From positions 256,001 through 320,000 of the forward strand of contig CBDESU010000001.1 in assembly GCA_965242695.1 (NCBI GenBank): a stretch of 64,000 nucleotides of DNA. The letters are read 5' to 3'. Position 1 is the stretch's first letter, and the number at the start of each line of letters is the position of its first letter. Origin of the DNA: Cenarchaeum sp. (GTDB lineage Archaea; Thermoproteota; Nitrososphaeria; Nitrososphaerales; Nitrosopumilaceae). The translations under genes and the position numbers were made by a program. This document shows positions 19,059 through 28,724 of this stretch, in pieces. A model generated the notes under the pieces. It was not told the DNA's origin. It ran no database searches and saw only the letters and a list, made by a program, of their open reading frames with translations.

Positions 19059-20225
19059 GTGCGGGCCGGGATCCGCCGGGCCCCAAGCGCGCCTCCGCCT
19101 CCCCGCGCCGCCCTGCCGCTGGAACCCGTGCAGAGGATGCGGCGCTGCGTCCGGGAGCGGCGCCGCATCCGTAGGGCGCCGCGCCTCTTCCCCCCGCCAA
19201 TCGGCGGCCGGACGGCGGGCGGATGCGGCCCGGCCCTGCCCGCGCGCTGGCGCCCGCGCCACCCAACGCATAATACAGGGCCGGCGGGCCGGGATCGGGT
19301 GGGGCCTGCGACGAGTCCGCTGTCCGGCAAGGAGCTTGGGGAGATCGTGAAGGAATGCGGCAGCATGCCGGCTGTCGCCCGCCGGCTAGAAGAGGAGGTG
19401 CGCACTCGTCCCGGCGACGTCCCCCTCCTGTACCTTGCCGGCGTCGCGAACATGGAGGCCGGCGACCTCGAGAAGGCGTTGCGACTGCTGCGCGAGTCGC
19501 TGCGCGTGTTCCCGCGGCTGGCCCCGGCGCATGCGACCATGGGCAGGATATACGCAAAAATGGGGCGCCACAAGAAGGCCGCGGCATGCTGCAAGAGGGC
19601 GATGCGGCTCGACCGCGGCTCGGCCGATCCGCTTGTGGCGTATGGCCGGGTGAAGATCGACGCTGGCAAGGGCAAGGCGGCACTGCGCCTGTTCCGCGCC
19701 GCGGCGCGGCGCGAGCCCGACAACGGCGAGGCGTACATTGGCATGGGGGAAGCGTACATGCTGATTGATCGCCCGTCCAGAGCCGCGGCCTCCTTCCGGA
19801 GGGCCTCTAGAATCGACCCCGACTCCGTTGATGCCACCACCTCCCTTGGCAAGGCCCTGGTGTCGTCCGGGCGGCTCGAAAAGGCCATTGCCGCATTTGA
19901 CAGGGTCATTGCAATGGATCCCGACTCGCCGCTGGGGCACATACTGCGCGCCACGACTCTGACCGAGATGGGGCGGTACGACGAGGCCGAGGCGTCGTAC
20001 GATGCGGGCATCGCCGCAAACCCCGACGCCTCGGTGTCGTGGGCCATGCGGGCCGACAACCACGGCCTCGCCGGCAGGGCGGAGGACGGCAGGAGGTGCG
20101 TCGAGAAGGCCCTTGCCCTGGGCCGGGCCGGCAAGGGGCGCGGCGACGGCGACAAGTTCGACGGCCTTGTAGCGGATGCGATGGAGTCGATCGCCGAGGC
20201 CGAAAAGGGCGGCGATGCGCGTTGA
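19059..20225 (+). CDS. TPR repeat protein (true start probably ~19300)
   Basis: About 7 TPR motifs from ~19380 onward. The stop overlaps the start of the downstream MTase (TTGA). Confidence 0.85.
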   Translation: MRAGIRRAPSAPPPPRAALPLEPVQRMRRCVRERRRIRRAPRLFPPPIGGRTAGGCGPALPARWRPRHPTHNTGPAGRDRVGPATSPLSGKELGEIVKECGSMPAVARRLEEEVRTRPGDVPLLYLAGVANMEAGDLEKALRLLRESLRVFPRLAPAHATMGRIYAKMGRHKKAAACCKRAMRLDRGSADPLVAYGRVKIDAGKGKAALRLFRAAARREPDNGEAYIGMGEAYMLIDRPSRAAASFRRASRIDPDSVDATTSLGKALVSSGRLEKAIAAFDRVIAMDPDSPLGHILRATTLTEMGRYDEAEASYDAGIAANPDASVSWAMRADNHGLAGRAEDGRRCVEKALALGRAGKGRGDGDKFDGLVADAMESIAEAEKGGDAR

Positions 20226-21151
20226 AGGTAGACACGATCCACAACGCAGACTGCCTCGACTGCCTGTCGAATCTCCCCGGTGAGTCGATGGACCTGATTG
20301 TCACGTCTCCGCCCTATGCAGACAACCGCAAGGGCGCCTACCGCGGCGTTCCCATAGACGGGTACGTGGACTGGTTTCTTCCCATTTCGCGCGAGCTGTA
20401 CAGGGTGCTGCGCCGCGACGGCTCCTTCGTACTGAACATAAAAGAAAGGGTCGTCAACGGGGAACGCGCCACCTATGTCATAGATCTGATTCTTGAGATG
20501 CGGAAACAGGGATGGGTGTGGACGGAAGAGTACCTATGGCACAAGAAAAACTGCTACCCGGGCAAGTGGCCCAACCGCTTCAGGGATGCGTGGGAGCGCT
20601 GCCTTCACTTTACAAAGCAGAAGGATTTTCGCATGTTTCAGTACGATGCGGTGGTGCCCGTGGGAGACGGGCGTGACGAGCGGCAGGACCACCCCGCGGC
20701 TGCAGGCGTGGACAGGAATGCCGCCAAAAATGAGGGCGGCGCTGGCGGGGATGCCTCTGGTTGGGCGGGACGCGACATGGCGTACGCGACGAACGTGATC
20801 CACATGGCCACAGAGTGCTCGAATGTAAACCACAGCGCGGCGTTTCCGGCTCCACTCCCCGCATGGTTCATGAAACTGTTTGGCGCCAAGGGTGACATTG
20901 TACTGGATCCGTTCATGGGGAGTGGGTCTACGGCCATTGCCGCAATCGATCTGGGGCTCCACTATGTGGGCATAGAGATCGAACCCAAGTATTGCAAGGC
21001 GGCGCTTTCTAGGATAAAAGCCCACAAAGCCAAAGCTCCAATTATCTTCGACCACGTCCGTCGTATAGGGGTTCTACTAAAGTTGACAAGAATTGACCAG
21101 GTGTCAAGATCTCTTCACCCCTGTGGTGGTATAGCAGGGACGACAGAGTAG
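20222..21151 (+). CDS. beta-class N4-cytosine/N6-adenine DNA methyltransferase; its last ~28 codons come from the IS630 end
   Basis: DLIVTSPPY (motif IV) precedes H.A.FP and VLDPFMGSGST (motif I). TTG start at 20222. Confidence 0.9.
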   Translation: MKVDTIHNADCLDCLSNLPGESMDLIVTSPPYADNRKGAYRGVPIDGYVDWFLPISRELYRVLRRDGSFVLNIKERVVNGERATYVIDLILEMRKQGWVWTEEYLWHKKNCYPGKWPNRFRDAWERCLHFTKQKDFRMFQYDAVVPVGDGRDERQDHPAAAGVDRNAAKNEGGAGGDASGWAGRDMAYATNVIHMATECSNVNHSAAFPAPLPAWFMKLFGAKGDIVLDPFMGSGSTAIAAIDLGLHYVGIEIEPKYCKAALSRIKAHKAKAPIIFDHVRRIGVLLKLTRIDQVSRSLHPCGGIAGTTE

Positions 21152-22603
21152 GGCATGGGGCGAAAGGGATCGATTCCAGTGGGCAAGGGCTTCATGCCTG
21201 GCACGAGCGCCCACAAGCTCAAGCGCCTTGCCAACAAGGAGATGGACGCGCTGACGGCCAAGAGGTACATGGCCGCGTACCACCGCAAGAAGGGCAGGTC
21301 GTTCAACGAGATAGCCGGGATGGTCCTTGCATCGTACGACGCGGTCAGGGACTGGCTGGTGAAGATGCACAAGGGGGGCCTGAAGGCGGCCCCGCGGGGC
21401 AAGAGCCCCGGCAGGCGCCGATCAATTCCGCTCGAGATCCGCTGGGAGTTGATCATGGACGTCTTCATGGGGCCGCAGGCGGCCGGCTACAAGGCCAACG
21501 TGTGGACGTTCAAGCTCCTGCACGACCATCTTGAGAAAAAGTACAAGGTGAAGATAGCATACTCGACGGCCGCAAAGAACTTCAAGGAGATGGGCATACG
21601 GCTCAAGGTGCCCCGCCCCGCACACCCAAAGGCGGCGAGCCTCGAGGAGCGGCTCGCCTTCCAGGCGGAGGCGCGCGCCAGGATCAAGGAGGCCGCCGCA
21701 GCCGGCTACCATACGGTCTTCATCGACGAGGGCCATGCGCAGGGCTACAAGAACGGGCGCGAGACGGCGGGGCTGAGGGGGGTCGAGATCGTGCGCACGT
21801 CGAGCGTCGGGCGCGCACGCCTGAGCTTCTTCGTAGCCGTCGGCTACGGGTGGGTCTTCGTCATGGAGTGCCCCGGCCGGGCCAACAGCGAGGCGTACAC
21901 GAGGTTCCTTGACAGGGTCAACGCCCTAGTCGGCAAGATTCAGACCATAGACGACAACGCCGGATACCACACCTCGGACAGGTCCAGCGACCACATCCGG
22001 GACAACGCGGACCGCCTGAGGCGCATACCCACGCTTCCGTACACGCCCAACGACAACGTCGCCGAGCCGCAGATCCGCGGCATAAAGACCGCCATGTCCA
22101 ACGTAGGGCTCGACAGCGTCGGGGCCATAAGCGGCGAGCTCGGGTGGTGCTTTGAGAGCGACCTAGTCGTCCCGGTCGAGTTCTACGACTATGCGACTAC
22201 GGTCAACGCGCCGCAGATCAGCCCCCGCAAGGCGGCGGGGATCAAGAAAAGGCTCGGGCCGGGAGAGCACTTTGTGTACGTGCAGAGGAGAATGCCGGAA
22301 GAGGAGATCACCCTGCCGACCATCGAAGAGATTAAAGCGAAGGAGGACAAGATACTCCCTCCGGAAAAGCGCGCAGAGCTGCCACTTGTGCTGACCAACT
22401 CGAACATTCCCGCCAACTTTCTTGCGAGGCTTCCCCAGATATTGCTTGAGGAATAGAGTGGCATGCCCCGCTGCGATAAATGTTGCACTTGTGCCGCGCT
22501 GCGGAATAACAATTTACGATACAATTGTTTTGCGTAACTATTTTGTCGACCTTAATTGCATGCAATCTTCAATACGTTTTCGTGAACTCAGATAGAACCC
22601 CTA
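21066..22603 (+). mobile_element. IS630-family insertion sequence with TA target duplication
   Basis: TATAGGGGTTCTA (21064-21076) and TAGAACCCCTATA (22593-22605) form a perfect inverted repeat, extending imperfectly to ~29 bp. Removing the element restores a clean MTase end. Confidence 0.88.
21155..22456 (+). CDS. IS630-family DDE transposase
   Basis: N-terminal HTH, winged-HTH (WT...L), FIDE, DNAGYH and LPYTPNDNVAE catalytic motifs. Confidence 0.9.
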   Translation: MGRKGSIPVGKGFMPGTSAHKLKRLANKEMDALTAKRYMAAYHRKKGRSFNEIAGMVLASYDAVRDWLVKMHKGGLKAAPRGKSPGRRRSIPLEIRWELIMDVFMGPQAAGYKANVWTFKLLHDHLEKKYKVKIAYSTAAKNFKEMGIRLKVPRPAHPKAASLEERLAFQAEARARIKEAAAAGYHTVFIDEGHAQGYKNGRETAGLRGVEIVRTSSVGRARLSFFVAVGYGWVFVMECPGRANSEAYTRFLDRVNALVGKIQTIDDNAGYHTSDRSSDHIRDNADRLRRIPTLPYTPNDNVAEPQIRGIKTAMSNVGLDSVGAISGELGWCFESDLVVPVEFYDYATTVNAPQISPRKAAGIKKRLGPGEHFVYVQRRMPEEEITLPTIEEIKAKEDKILPPEKRAELPLVLTNSNIPANFLARLPQILLEE

Positions 22604-23581
22604 TAAACGAGCTGGATGACATGAATACCTCCTGACAAATTTTGGCGGCGGGGCTGTCGTAACCACTTCAGAAACCGCGATAGTCGCAAAAAAGGGCGGG
22701 CGGACGGGCGGATGAAAACGTGCCGATCGTGCTGCGGCTTGTCGCATGCCGGACATGCGTGACACGCGCTCAAGAGCACGTTCGGTGAGGATCGCATCGA
22801 GGATCGCACCGGTGCCACCCAACCCGACGTTCTTGTATACTTCGCACAGATCCTCGTAGGATCCCGGCCCCCCGAGCATGTCCCAAAGCGGCTTGCCTAT
22901 CAGTGCGTGGTTTTTCACGTCCAGGTACCTGCACCCGATCGAATACGCATATTCGTCTGCACCGTACGGGTTGTACGCCATTCCGAAATACGTCTGGGTT
23001 TTAGGAAACGCGTTTTTCCTGATACAATGTACGGTCAGATGTTTGCGTGTTGTCGTGAGGCATTGATCCTTGTTAGGAGACGGCGACTTGAACTCTATGT
23101 ATATTTCTTTGCTCGTGCTGTCGCTTATGTACAGGTCCGACCTCACGTCCCTGCTCACCTTGCTACTGCCGTCGCCGCGCACAAGCTTGACTAGTCGCTG
23201 GACCTCGTGGCGGTAATTCTGGAATCGCTTGCCGATTCCCACTTCGTGCACTATGTTGTCAACTTCTGCTAGCGTGTCGGCCGGAACGTAGCTCGCCAGA
23301 TCATGCTGGCGTTCGACAGTGCGGAAGCTTTGACGTGCGAGGGCCTCTGCGCAGTGCTCATAGGTGCTACCCAGGCCGCTCGACAGTGATCTCTCGAAGT
23401 TGGACCCCCTGCTGGCGCTCTTTGGCAGCAGCGCCCTGTGGAACGGCTTGTGGCCGCCTTTCGCCTCTTCCCCCGTGGCGGCAGTTTTCAAATACTGTGC
23501 CTTCTTCTTGCGCGCGAGATCTTCGATCCACTTGCGCAGGTATTCCTCGAGCTCGCGACTTGTATCGCTAGACAGCGCCAT
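22601..23581 (-). CDS. TdeIII/MjaII-like type II restriction endonuclease
   Basis: KPFH, FERS.SS.LG..YE, SDLYI...IEFKSP.PNKDQ and YNPYG motifs. Overlaps the upstream MTase. Its stop codon lies in the IS end. Confidence 0.8.
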   Translation of the reverse strand: MALSSDTSRELEEYLRKWIEDLARKKKAQYLKTAATGEEAKGGHKPFHRALLPKSASRGSNFERSLSSGLGSTYEHCAEALARQSFRTVERQHDLASYVPADTLAEVDNIVHEVGIGKRFQNYRHEVQRLVKLVRGDGSSKVSRDVRSDLYISDSTSKEIYIEFKSPSPNKDQCLTTTRKHLTVHCIRKNAFPKTQTYFGMAYNPYGADEYAYSIGCRYLDVKNHALIGKPLWDMLGGPGSYEDLCEVYKNVGLGGTGAILDAILTERALERVSRMSGMRQAAARSARFHPPVRPPFFATIAVSEVVTTAPPPKFVRRYSCHPARL

Positions 23582-24782
23582 TGGGACCACACACCAGCAT
23601 GTTTTCGTCAAACCCTGTAGCCCTTCTTCCCGATCTGCGATTGACCGTCCTGCGAAGGCGCTTGATTATCGACAAGCCGGCATCCTGCACTATGTCGTCA
23701 TATATGCCAAGCTTGTCGTTGACTATGACTACGGCGACGCCATTTTTGCCCATGGTGGATTCTGATACGTTGCGGAGTGTCTTGGCTACAGCGTGCTTGT
23801 ATTTTGCCACTGCGGCTTTGCTGGTGCCGTTGGCCCTGCGGCCTACCTCCTGATCGCTTTTATCCTCGATGCCAAGCAGTTCGTACGCATATCTGTGCTG
23901 TTCATGGTAGTCGATCAATCCTATGTATGGGGGAGACGTTATGACGTGGGTTATACCAGTGCGCGAAAAGTCGAATGTCCTTGAATCGCCATGGAGTGCC
24001 TTGGTATGGACAGACTGCCTTATTTTTTGAAACTCGGCAAGCCTATTGACGACGTCGTCGCAGTACCTCTTGATAAAGACCATGGAATTTTTTGTTGGAT
24101 GGCATGTCCTGCTGTGCTTGAGACAGTAGTAGTCTGTCGGGTAGGGCTTTTTTGGATAATCAACTTCGTAATGTGCTATCATGCGCGACGATCTGGCCGA
24201 GCGTGTAAGTATAATTTTGAGTACGTCTTGGTACCTGTGCTTTGGTATGAGCTCCTTGAAGACAAGGAGTGTATGCAGTGCGTCGGGGTGGAACCATCTG
24301 TTCAGATATGCCGAATCTGTACGCAGCTTGCGAGGCTTGCCAACAAAGCTGACTGGATCGGTCTTCGTTGCGCAGCTTAGAGTTTCAGACAGTATGGCAT
24401 TGACCTCTTTTCTGAGGGCGGCGATGTCATATTTTGCGGTCTTTACATTGCACAACATGACATTAAACTTGCTAATGTCAATACCGATTGAGGGTATTCC
24501 GCGCGTGTTTGCTTGGATGAGGGTTGTACCGGATCCCATGAACGGATCACACACCCTCTTTGCACCCTTGAGATCATGATCCAAGAAATAGTCTACTAGC
24601 TGCGGCACAAACTTGCCAAAGTACGGGTGTATGCCATGAACGTGCTTGGTGCGCATTTTTTGCGGCATTTCTCTCTCTGTCCAACTCAACTGCTTGACTA
24701 GCTTTGCGGGCGGCGGCGACACGTCACAGCGCCTCCCATCCCGTTGCGGTCCTGGCACTGTTTGGATTGCACCTGATGTCAT
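23568..24782 (-). CDS. alpha-class N4-cytosine DNA methyltransferase (cognate to the REase)
   Basis: H.IHPY.GKF.PQLV, DPFMGSGTT (motif I) then ITSPPY (motif IV). Lower GC than flanks. Confidence 0.88.
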   Translation of the reverse strand: MTSGAIQTVPGPQRDGRRCDVSPPPAKLVKQLSWTEREMPQKMRTKHVHGIHPYFGKFVPQLVDYFLDHDLKGAKRVCDPFMGSGTTLIQANTRGIPSIGIDISKFNVMLCNVKTAKYDIAALRKEVNAILSETLSCATKTDPVSFVGKPRKLRTDSAYLNRWFHPDALHTLLVFKELIPKHRYQDVLKIILTRSARSSRMIAHYEVDYPKKPYPTDYYCLKHSRTCHPTKNSMVFIKRYCDDVVNRLAEFQKIRQSVHTKALHGDSRTFDFSRTGITHVITSPPYIGLIDYHEQHRYAYELLGIEDKSDQEVGRRANGTSKAAVAKYKHAVAKTLRNVSESTMGKNGVAVVIVNDKLGIYDDIVQDAGLSIIKRLRRTVNRRSGRRATGFDENMLVCGPNGAV

Positions 24783-25166
24783 GGGGGCCTACCATGTGGC
24801 CGATGAGGGGTGCCGAGCGTGGCTTTGCGGGTCGGGGGTGACTGGGGCCAGGGGTCGACCTGATCAGAACCGCAACGCTATGAGACGGCATGCGTGACCC
24901 TGCATGCCTGAATCCTACCGCAACTGCCGGTGCCAACGGGCGGAGGCGTCATTTTGGATTTAATAAGAGTTTTTTGATCTGACGATCGCCAGCATGTGGG
25001 CCGACACGCAGTCCGTCGTATGCGGTGGCGGCCTTCCATCATTGGCACCGTGGTCGGGGCCTGGATGCGCCCTGTTGCCAGTGTTGTGGTCTGTCGACCG
25101 GCACTTTGCCTTGTCAGCACTGGCGCTGACGTGTCGTATCCACACTGTTCAGAGTGGACATCAGGG

Positions 25167-25276
25167 CTGGCAGTGGGTGGTGCATGATTGCGCCTCGTCT
25201 GCACCTGCGCGCGACCGAGTCGCCGACGACCACGTTCCTGGCAGTGGGTGGTGCATGATTGCGCCTCGTCTGCACC
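25167..25276. repeat. two identical 39-bp direct repeats separated by 32 bp
   Basis: CTGGCAGTGGGTGGTGCATGATTGCGCCTCGTCTGCACC at 25167-25205 and 25238-25276. Confidence 0.9.
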
Positions 25277-25295
25277 AGGCACAACCCTGCCGCCG

Positions 25296-26267
25296 TCAGG
25301 TCTGCAGTGCCACTGCGGTTAGCAACCCTGCAACGAGCAACGCGCCGGATATGCGCGCAAACAGCAGCGTCGCCGACATTGCCCCGACAAGCCTGCCCCA
25401 GTCGGCAATGCCTGCCGGGGCGGCACTCCTACCTTCGCCATCCGCCGCCCCTGACGCGACGCGGCCTCCATCTCTGACGCTCGCCCGCAGCCTTGTACCC
25501 GCCGCGATCGCTAGCGGCATGCCTCCCGCGGCCGCCAGCGACCAGACGGGAAGGATGCCCGCCCACACCCCTGCCGCCAGGGCCGACATGGCCGCGACAG
25601 GAAACGCCCAGAACAGCGGCGCCGCGCGGGCGGGGCCGCCTGCCGCGATCACCAGCGTGCGCCGCCCGCCGGACGCATCCGCCTCGTGGTCGGGAAACGA
25701 TGCGACGAACAGGACGGCCGACGACAGCGCGCCGACGGCCGCGCCTGCAAGGGCCGCCTCGGCCGACAGCGCCCCCTCCTGTATGTACGCGGCCCCGACG
25801 ACGATCATGGCCCCCTTTGCGGCGACGAATACCTCTGCGAGCCCCGAGTCGACGATCCTCGTAGAGTAGAACCAGATCGAGGCCGCGGCAAACCCGAGTA
25901 TTGCGGCGATGATCCACCCGTGCGCGATCGCAAAGTACGCGCCGGCCGCGCACCCTGCCAGCAGCAGCGCGATGCCGGCGCGCCGCACCCGGCCTGCGCC
26001 GATCAGGCCGTCGGCTATGACGCCGGTCCCGCCGCTCATCGGAGTCCTCCTTGCGCGCGCGTCGATCCCCCTCTTGTGGTCTGCATAGTCGTTGAGCAGG
26101 TCGACGCTCGCGTGCAGCGCGAGCACGCCGGCCATGGTGAGGGCGGCGGATGCCGCGTCGATCTGCGCGCCCCTCCACGCCGCAGCGGCCAGCCCCGCAG
26201 AGACGGCCACGACCGAGGCGAGGAGGAACCTTGCGCGCACGGCGCGCAGCCACGAAGAGATCATCAT
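25296..26267 (-). CDS. UbiA/MenA-family prenyltransferase
   Basis: W.RA.R..FL.AS, NDYADHKRGID and FPD.EAD..GGRRTL motifs; multiple TM helices. Confidence 0.9.
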   Translation of the reverse strand: MMISSWLRAVRARFLLASVVAVSAGLAAAAWRGAQIDAASAALTMAGVLALHASVDLLNDYADHKRGIDARARRTPMSGGTGVIADGLIGAGRVRRAGIALLLAGCAAGAYFAIAHGWIIAAILGFAAASIWFYSTRIVDSGLAEVFVAAKGAMIVVGAAYIQEGALSAEAALAGAAVGALSSAVLFVASFPDHEADASGGRRTLVIAAGGPARAAPLFWAFPVAAMSALAAGVWAGILPVWSLAAAGGMPLAIAAGTRLRASVRDGGRVASGAADGEGRSAAPAGIADWGRLVGAMSATLLFARISGALLVAGLLTAVALQT

Positions 26268-26674
26268 ACAAGCGACTCGTCGCTGACCTCTAGCGGCCTG
26301 CGCCCCTCGAACCCAGACTCCGCATCGTGCCAGAACTTTATCTCGCTCTCGCCGGCCTTCCAGCACAGCCATATCTCCTCGTCGAACCGCTTTGACGGAA
26401 AGTCGAGCAGCCCCTCGTCGATGTTCTTGACGACGGCGCCGGTGCTCTCCAGCTGCTCGACCGAGTGGTAGAACAGCGTAAGGGCCGAGTTGAGGGCCCG
26501 CTTGGCCTCGGCGACCGCGGCCATCCCTCCGCCGCCCATGACGGCGGCCCGCAGGCGCCCCTCGGCGCGCGCCACCTCGTCGCGGCACGACACGACGCGG
26601 TCGTACCTCTTGGCCACGTCGGGCAGGGCCTCGTTGGCGCTCTTCACGGTAAAGTATCTTGCCGCGGGCCGCAC
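26264..26674 (-). CDS. DUF2203 domain protein
   Basis: YFT...AN..LP...VK.ID.GLLDFP...LCWK.GE..I.FWH....GF.GR.PL. Confidence 0.88.
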   Translation of the reverse strand: MRPAARYFTVKSANEALPDVAKRYDRVVSCRDEVARAEGRLRAAVMGGGGMAAVAEAKRALNSALTLFYHSVEQLESTGAVVKNIDEGLLDFPSKRFDEEIWLCWKAGESEIKFWHDAESGFEGRRPLEVSDESLV

Positions 26675-26792
26675 GGCACGGCGCGCCGGCGGGGCGATTA
26701 AAAACGTACCCGGCGCGCGGCCCTGTCCGTGCCGGAGGACGGCCCGCGGCTCCCGCCCCAAGATATTTTTATCCGCGGCGCGGCGCGGCGCC

Positions 26793-28010
26793 GTGGGGGC
26801 GGTAATCGGCATCATAGGCGGCGGGCAGCTCGGCAGGATGCTCGCCGAGGCGGCCTCGTCGTCCGAGTCGCTAGCGGGGCGCATCTCGCGCACCGTGGTG
26901 CTCGACCCCACGCCGGGCTGCCCCGCCGCGCAGGCCGGCGCCGGCCAGATAGTGGCGGGGTTCCGCGACAGCGCGGCCATACGCGAGCTCGCGTCGCGCG
27001 CGGACATCATCACGTACGAGATCGAGTCTGGAGACGCGGACGTGCTAGAGTCCATCCGGGGCGAGACGCAGGTGAGCCCCCTGCCGTCGACCCTCCGGGT
27101 CATACAGGACAAGCTGCTGCAAAAGTCGTTTTTGCGCGACCGCGGCATCGCCGTAGCGGACTTTGCCGGCGTCGAGTCGCGAGCGCAGCTCGACGAGTCG
27201 CTCGCAAGGTTCGGGTGCCCCGCCATACTCAAGGCGCGCAGGGACGGGTACGACGGGAGGGGCAACTACCGCATAGCCTCGCCGGACGGGGCCGGCGCGG
27301 CCCTCGGGTACTTTGGCGACCGCCCCGTCATGATCGAGCGGGCCGTCGACTTTGGGATGGAGGTGTCGGTGATCGCCGCGCGCAACACGCGCGGCCGCAT
27401 TGCGACGTACCCGGCCGTCGAGAACATGCACGGCGAGGGGATACTGCGAACGACGGTGGCGCCGGCGCGCGCGCCGCAGTCCGTCCTTGACGAGGCCGCC
27501 AGCGTGGCCCGACGCACCATGGAGGTGCTCGACGGCGCAGGCGTGTTCGGCATCGAGATGTTCGTCGAGCGCTCCGGCGGCGTGCTGGTCAACGAGATCG
27601 CCCCGCGCGTGCACAACTCGGGCCACCACACGCTCGTCTCGTCCGAGACGCCGCAGTTCGAGCAGCACCTGCGCGCCGTCCTCGGCATGGACCTCGGCCC
27701 CACGCGCCTGCTCCGGCCGGCCGTCATGTGCAACATACTCGGGCCCGACGGGTTCGAGGGGCCGTACTCGATCGCCGGCGCGCCGGATGCCGGCGGGGAT
27801 GCGCACCTCAAGATGTACGGCAAGGCCGTATCACAGCCGCGCCGCAAGCTCGGGCACCTCACCGTAGTCGGCGCGGACGGGGGTGCGGACGGAGTGGACG
27901 GCGGGAGCCCCGCCATCGACGCGCTGCTAGAGCGCGCCCTTGCCGCGCACGGGGCCATTCGGATCGAGCCGGCTGCAGGCAACGACGCCGGCGGCGCTTC
28001 GCCGCCCTGA
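26793..28010 (+). CDS. purK: N5-carboxyaminoimidazole ribonucleotide synthase
   Basis: GIIGGGQLGRML, QDKLLQK, GYDGRGN, NEIAPRVHNSGHHT, QFEQHLRA and RKLGH motifs. Confidence 0.95.
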   Translation: MGAVIGIIGGGQLGRMLAEAASSSESLAGRISRTVVLDPTPGCPAAQAGAGQIVAGFRDSAAIRELASRADIITYEIESGDADVLESIRGETQVSPLPSTLRVIQDKLLQKSFLRDRGIAVADFAGVESRAQLDESLARFGCPAILKARRDGYDGRGNYRIASPDGAGAALGYFGDRPVMIERAVDFGMEVSVIAARNTRGRIATYPAVENMHGEGILRTTVAPARAPQSVLDEAASVARRTMEVLDGAGVFGIEMFVERSGGVLVNEIAPRVHNSGHHTLVSSETPQFEQHLRAVLGMDLGPTRLLRPAVMCNILGPDGFEGPYSIAGAPDAGGDAHLKMYGKAVSQPRRKLGHLTVVGADGGADGVDGGSPAIDALLERALAAHGAIRIEPAAGNDAGGASPP

Positions 28011-28070
28011 CGGCCGCAGGCGCGATCGCCCGAAAAAAGGAATATTAGAGCGCGGCCGGACGGCGGCCCG

Positions 28071-28475
28071 TTGGCGCTTGCAGCCTCTTACGTGATGGTC
28101 GGCGTTGCAATCGCACTGCTTGCCGTGTACGGGGCGGACGTGGCCGCCGCAAAGTCCTCGCCGGCCGGGGACGAGGGGTTTTTGCCGTTCGACCACATGG
28201 CGCGCGGCCTGGGCCTGGGCCTGCCGTCCATGGTGCTGCCGATCGCCGCCTTCTTCGTGTCGCGAAGGGAGCCGTCAAGGCCCCTCGGACTCCTCTTGGC
28301 AGCCGCCGGCATCCTGATAATCGTCGGCGGCGCCGTCGTCCTCTCGATGCCGCCGCCCTCGGAGCCGGAGGCCGCCGAGGGGCCGGCGCGGAACGCGGCC
28401 GCCTCGGCCGCGCCGCTCCTGGCCGTCGGCTCGATCATCGTGGCCCTCGGCGCCATCAAGGTCCGCAGGTCGTAG
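28071..28475 (+). CDS. 4-TM membrane protein
   Basis: Four hydrophobic segments; AT-rich promoter-like stretch upstream. Confidence 0.75.
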   Translation: MALAASYVMVGVAIALLAVYGADVAAAKSSPAGDEGFLPFDHMARGLGLGLPSMVLPIAAFFVSRREPSRPLGLLLAAAGILIIVGGAVVLSMPPPSEPEAAEGPARNAAASAAPLLAVGSIIVALGAIKVRRS

Positions 28476-28487
28476 GGGGCCGCCGCC

Positions 28488-28724
28488 GTGGCAGACGCCC
28501 AGCCAGGCACGGCAGGCGGCGGGAGCGTCATGCTCCGGGCCGCGGGATCTGCAGCCCCGGGCGCAGCGGGCCTTCCGGCCTCCGAGATTCCCGTGTGCGC
28601 AAGGTGCGGCGGCGAGGCGAGGCGGCCGCGCGACTGCGAGCACACGGGGTGGGCCGTGTTCTGCACCGAGTGCTACGTCGAGCTCCACTACTACCTGACC
28701 GAGCCCGGCGCTGAGGGCAGTTGA
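28488..28724 (+). CDS. small Zn-binding protein
   Basis: CARC...CEH...FCTECY.ELHY. Overlaps the dedA-like start. Confidence 0.7.
   Translation: MADAQPGTAGGGSVMLRAAGSAAPGAAGLPASEIPVCARCGGEARRPRDCEHTGWAVFCTECYVELHYYLTEPGAEGS

Noticed and set aside
22541-22554. Right end of the IS630 element
   Set aside because: A better, perfect inverted repeat lies at 22593-22605, and its removal restores the MTase stop. This site is a subterminal repeat.
25167-25276. CRISPR array
   Set aside because: Only two repeats, with no leader and no cas genes in the window. Kept as a plain repeat.
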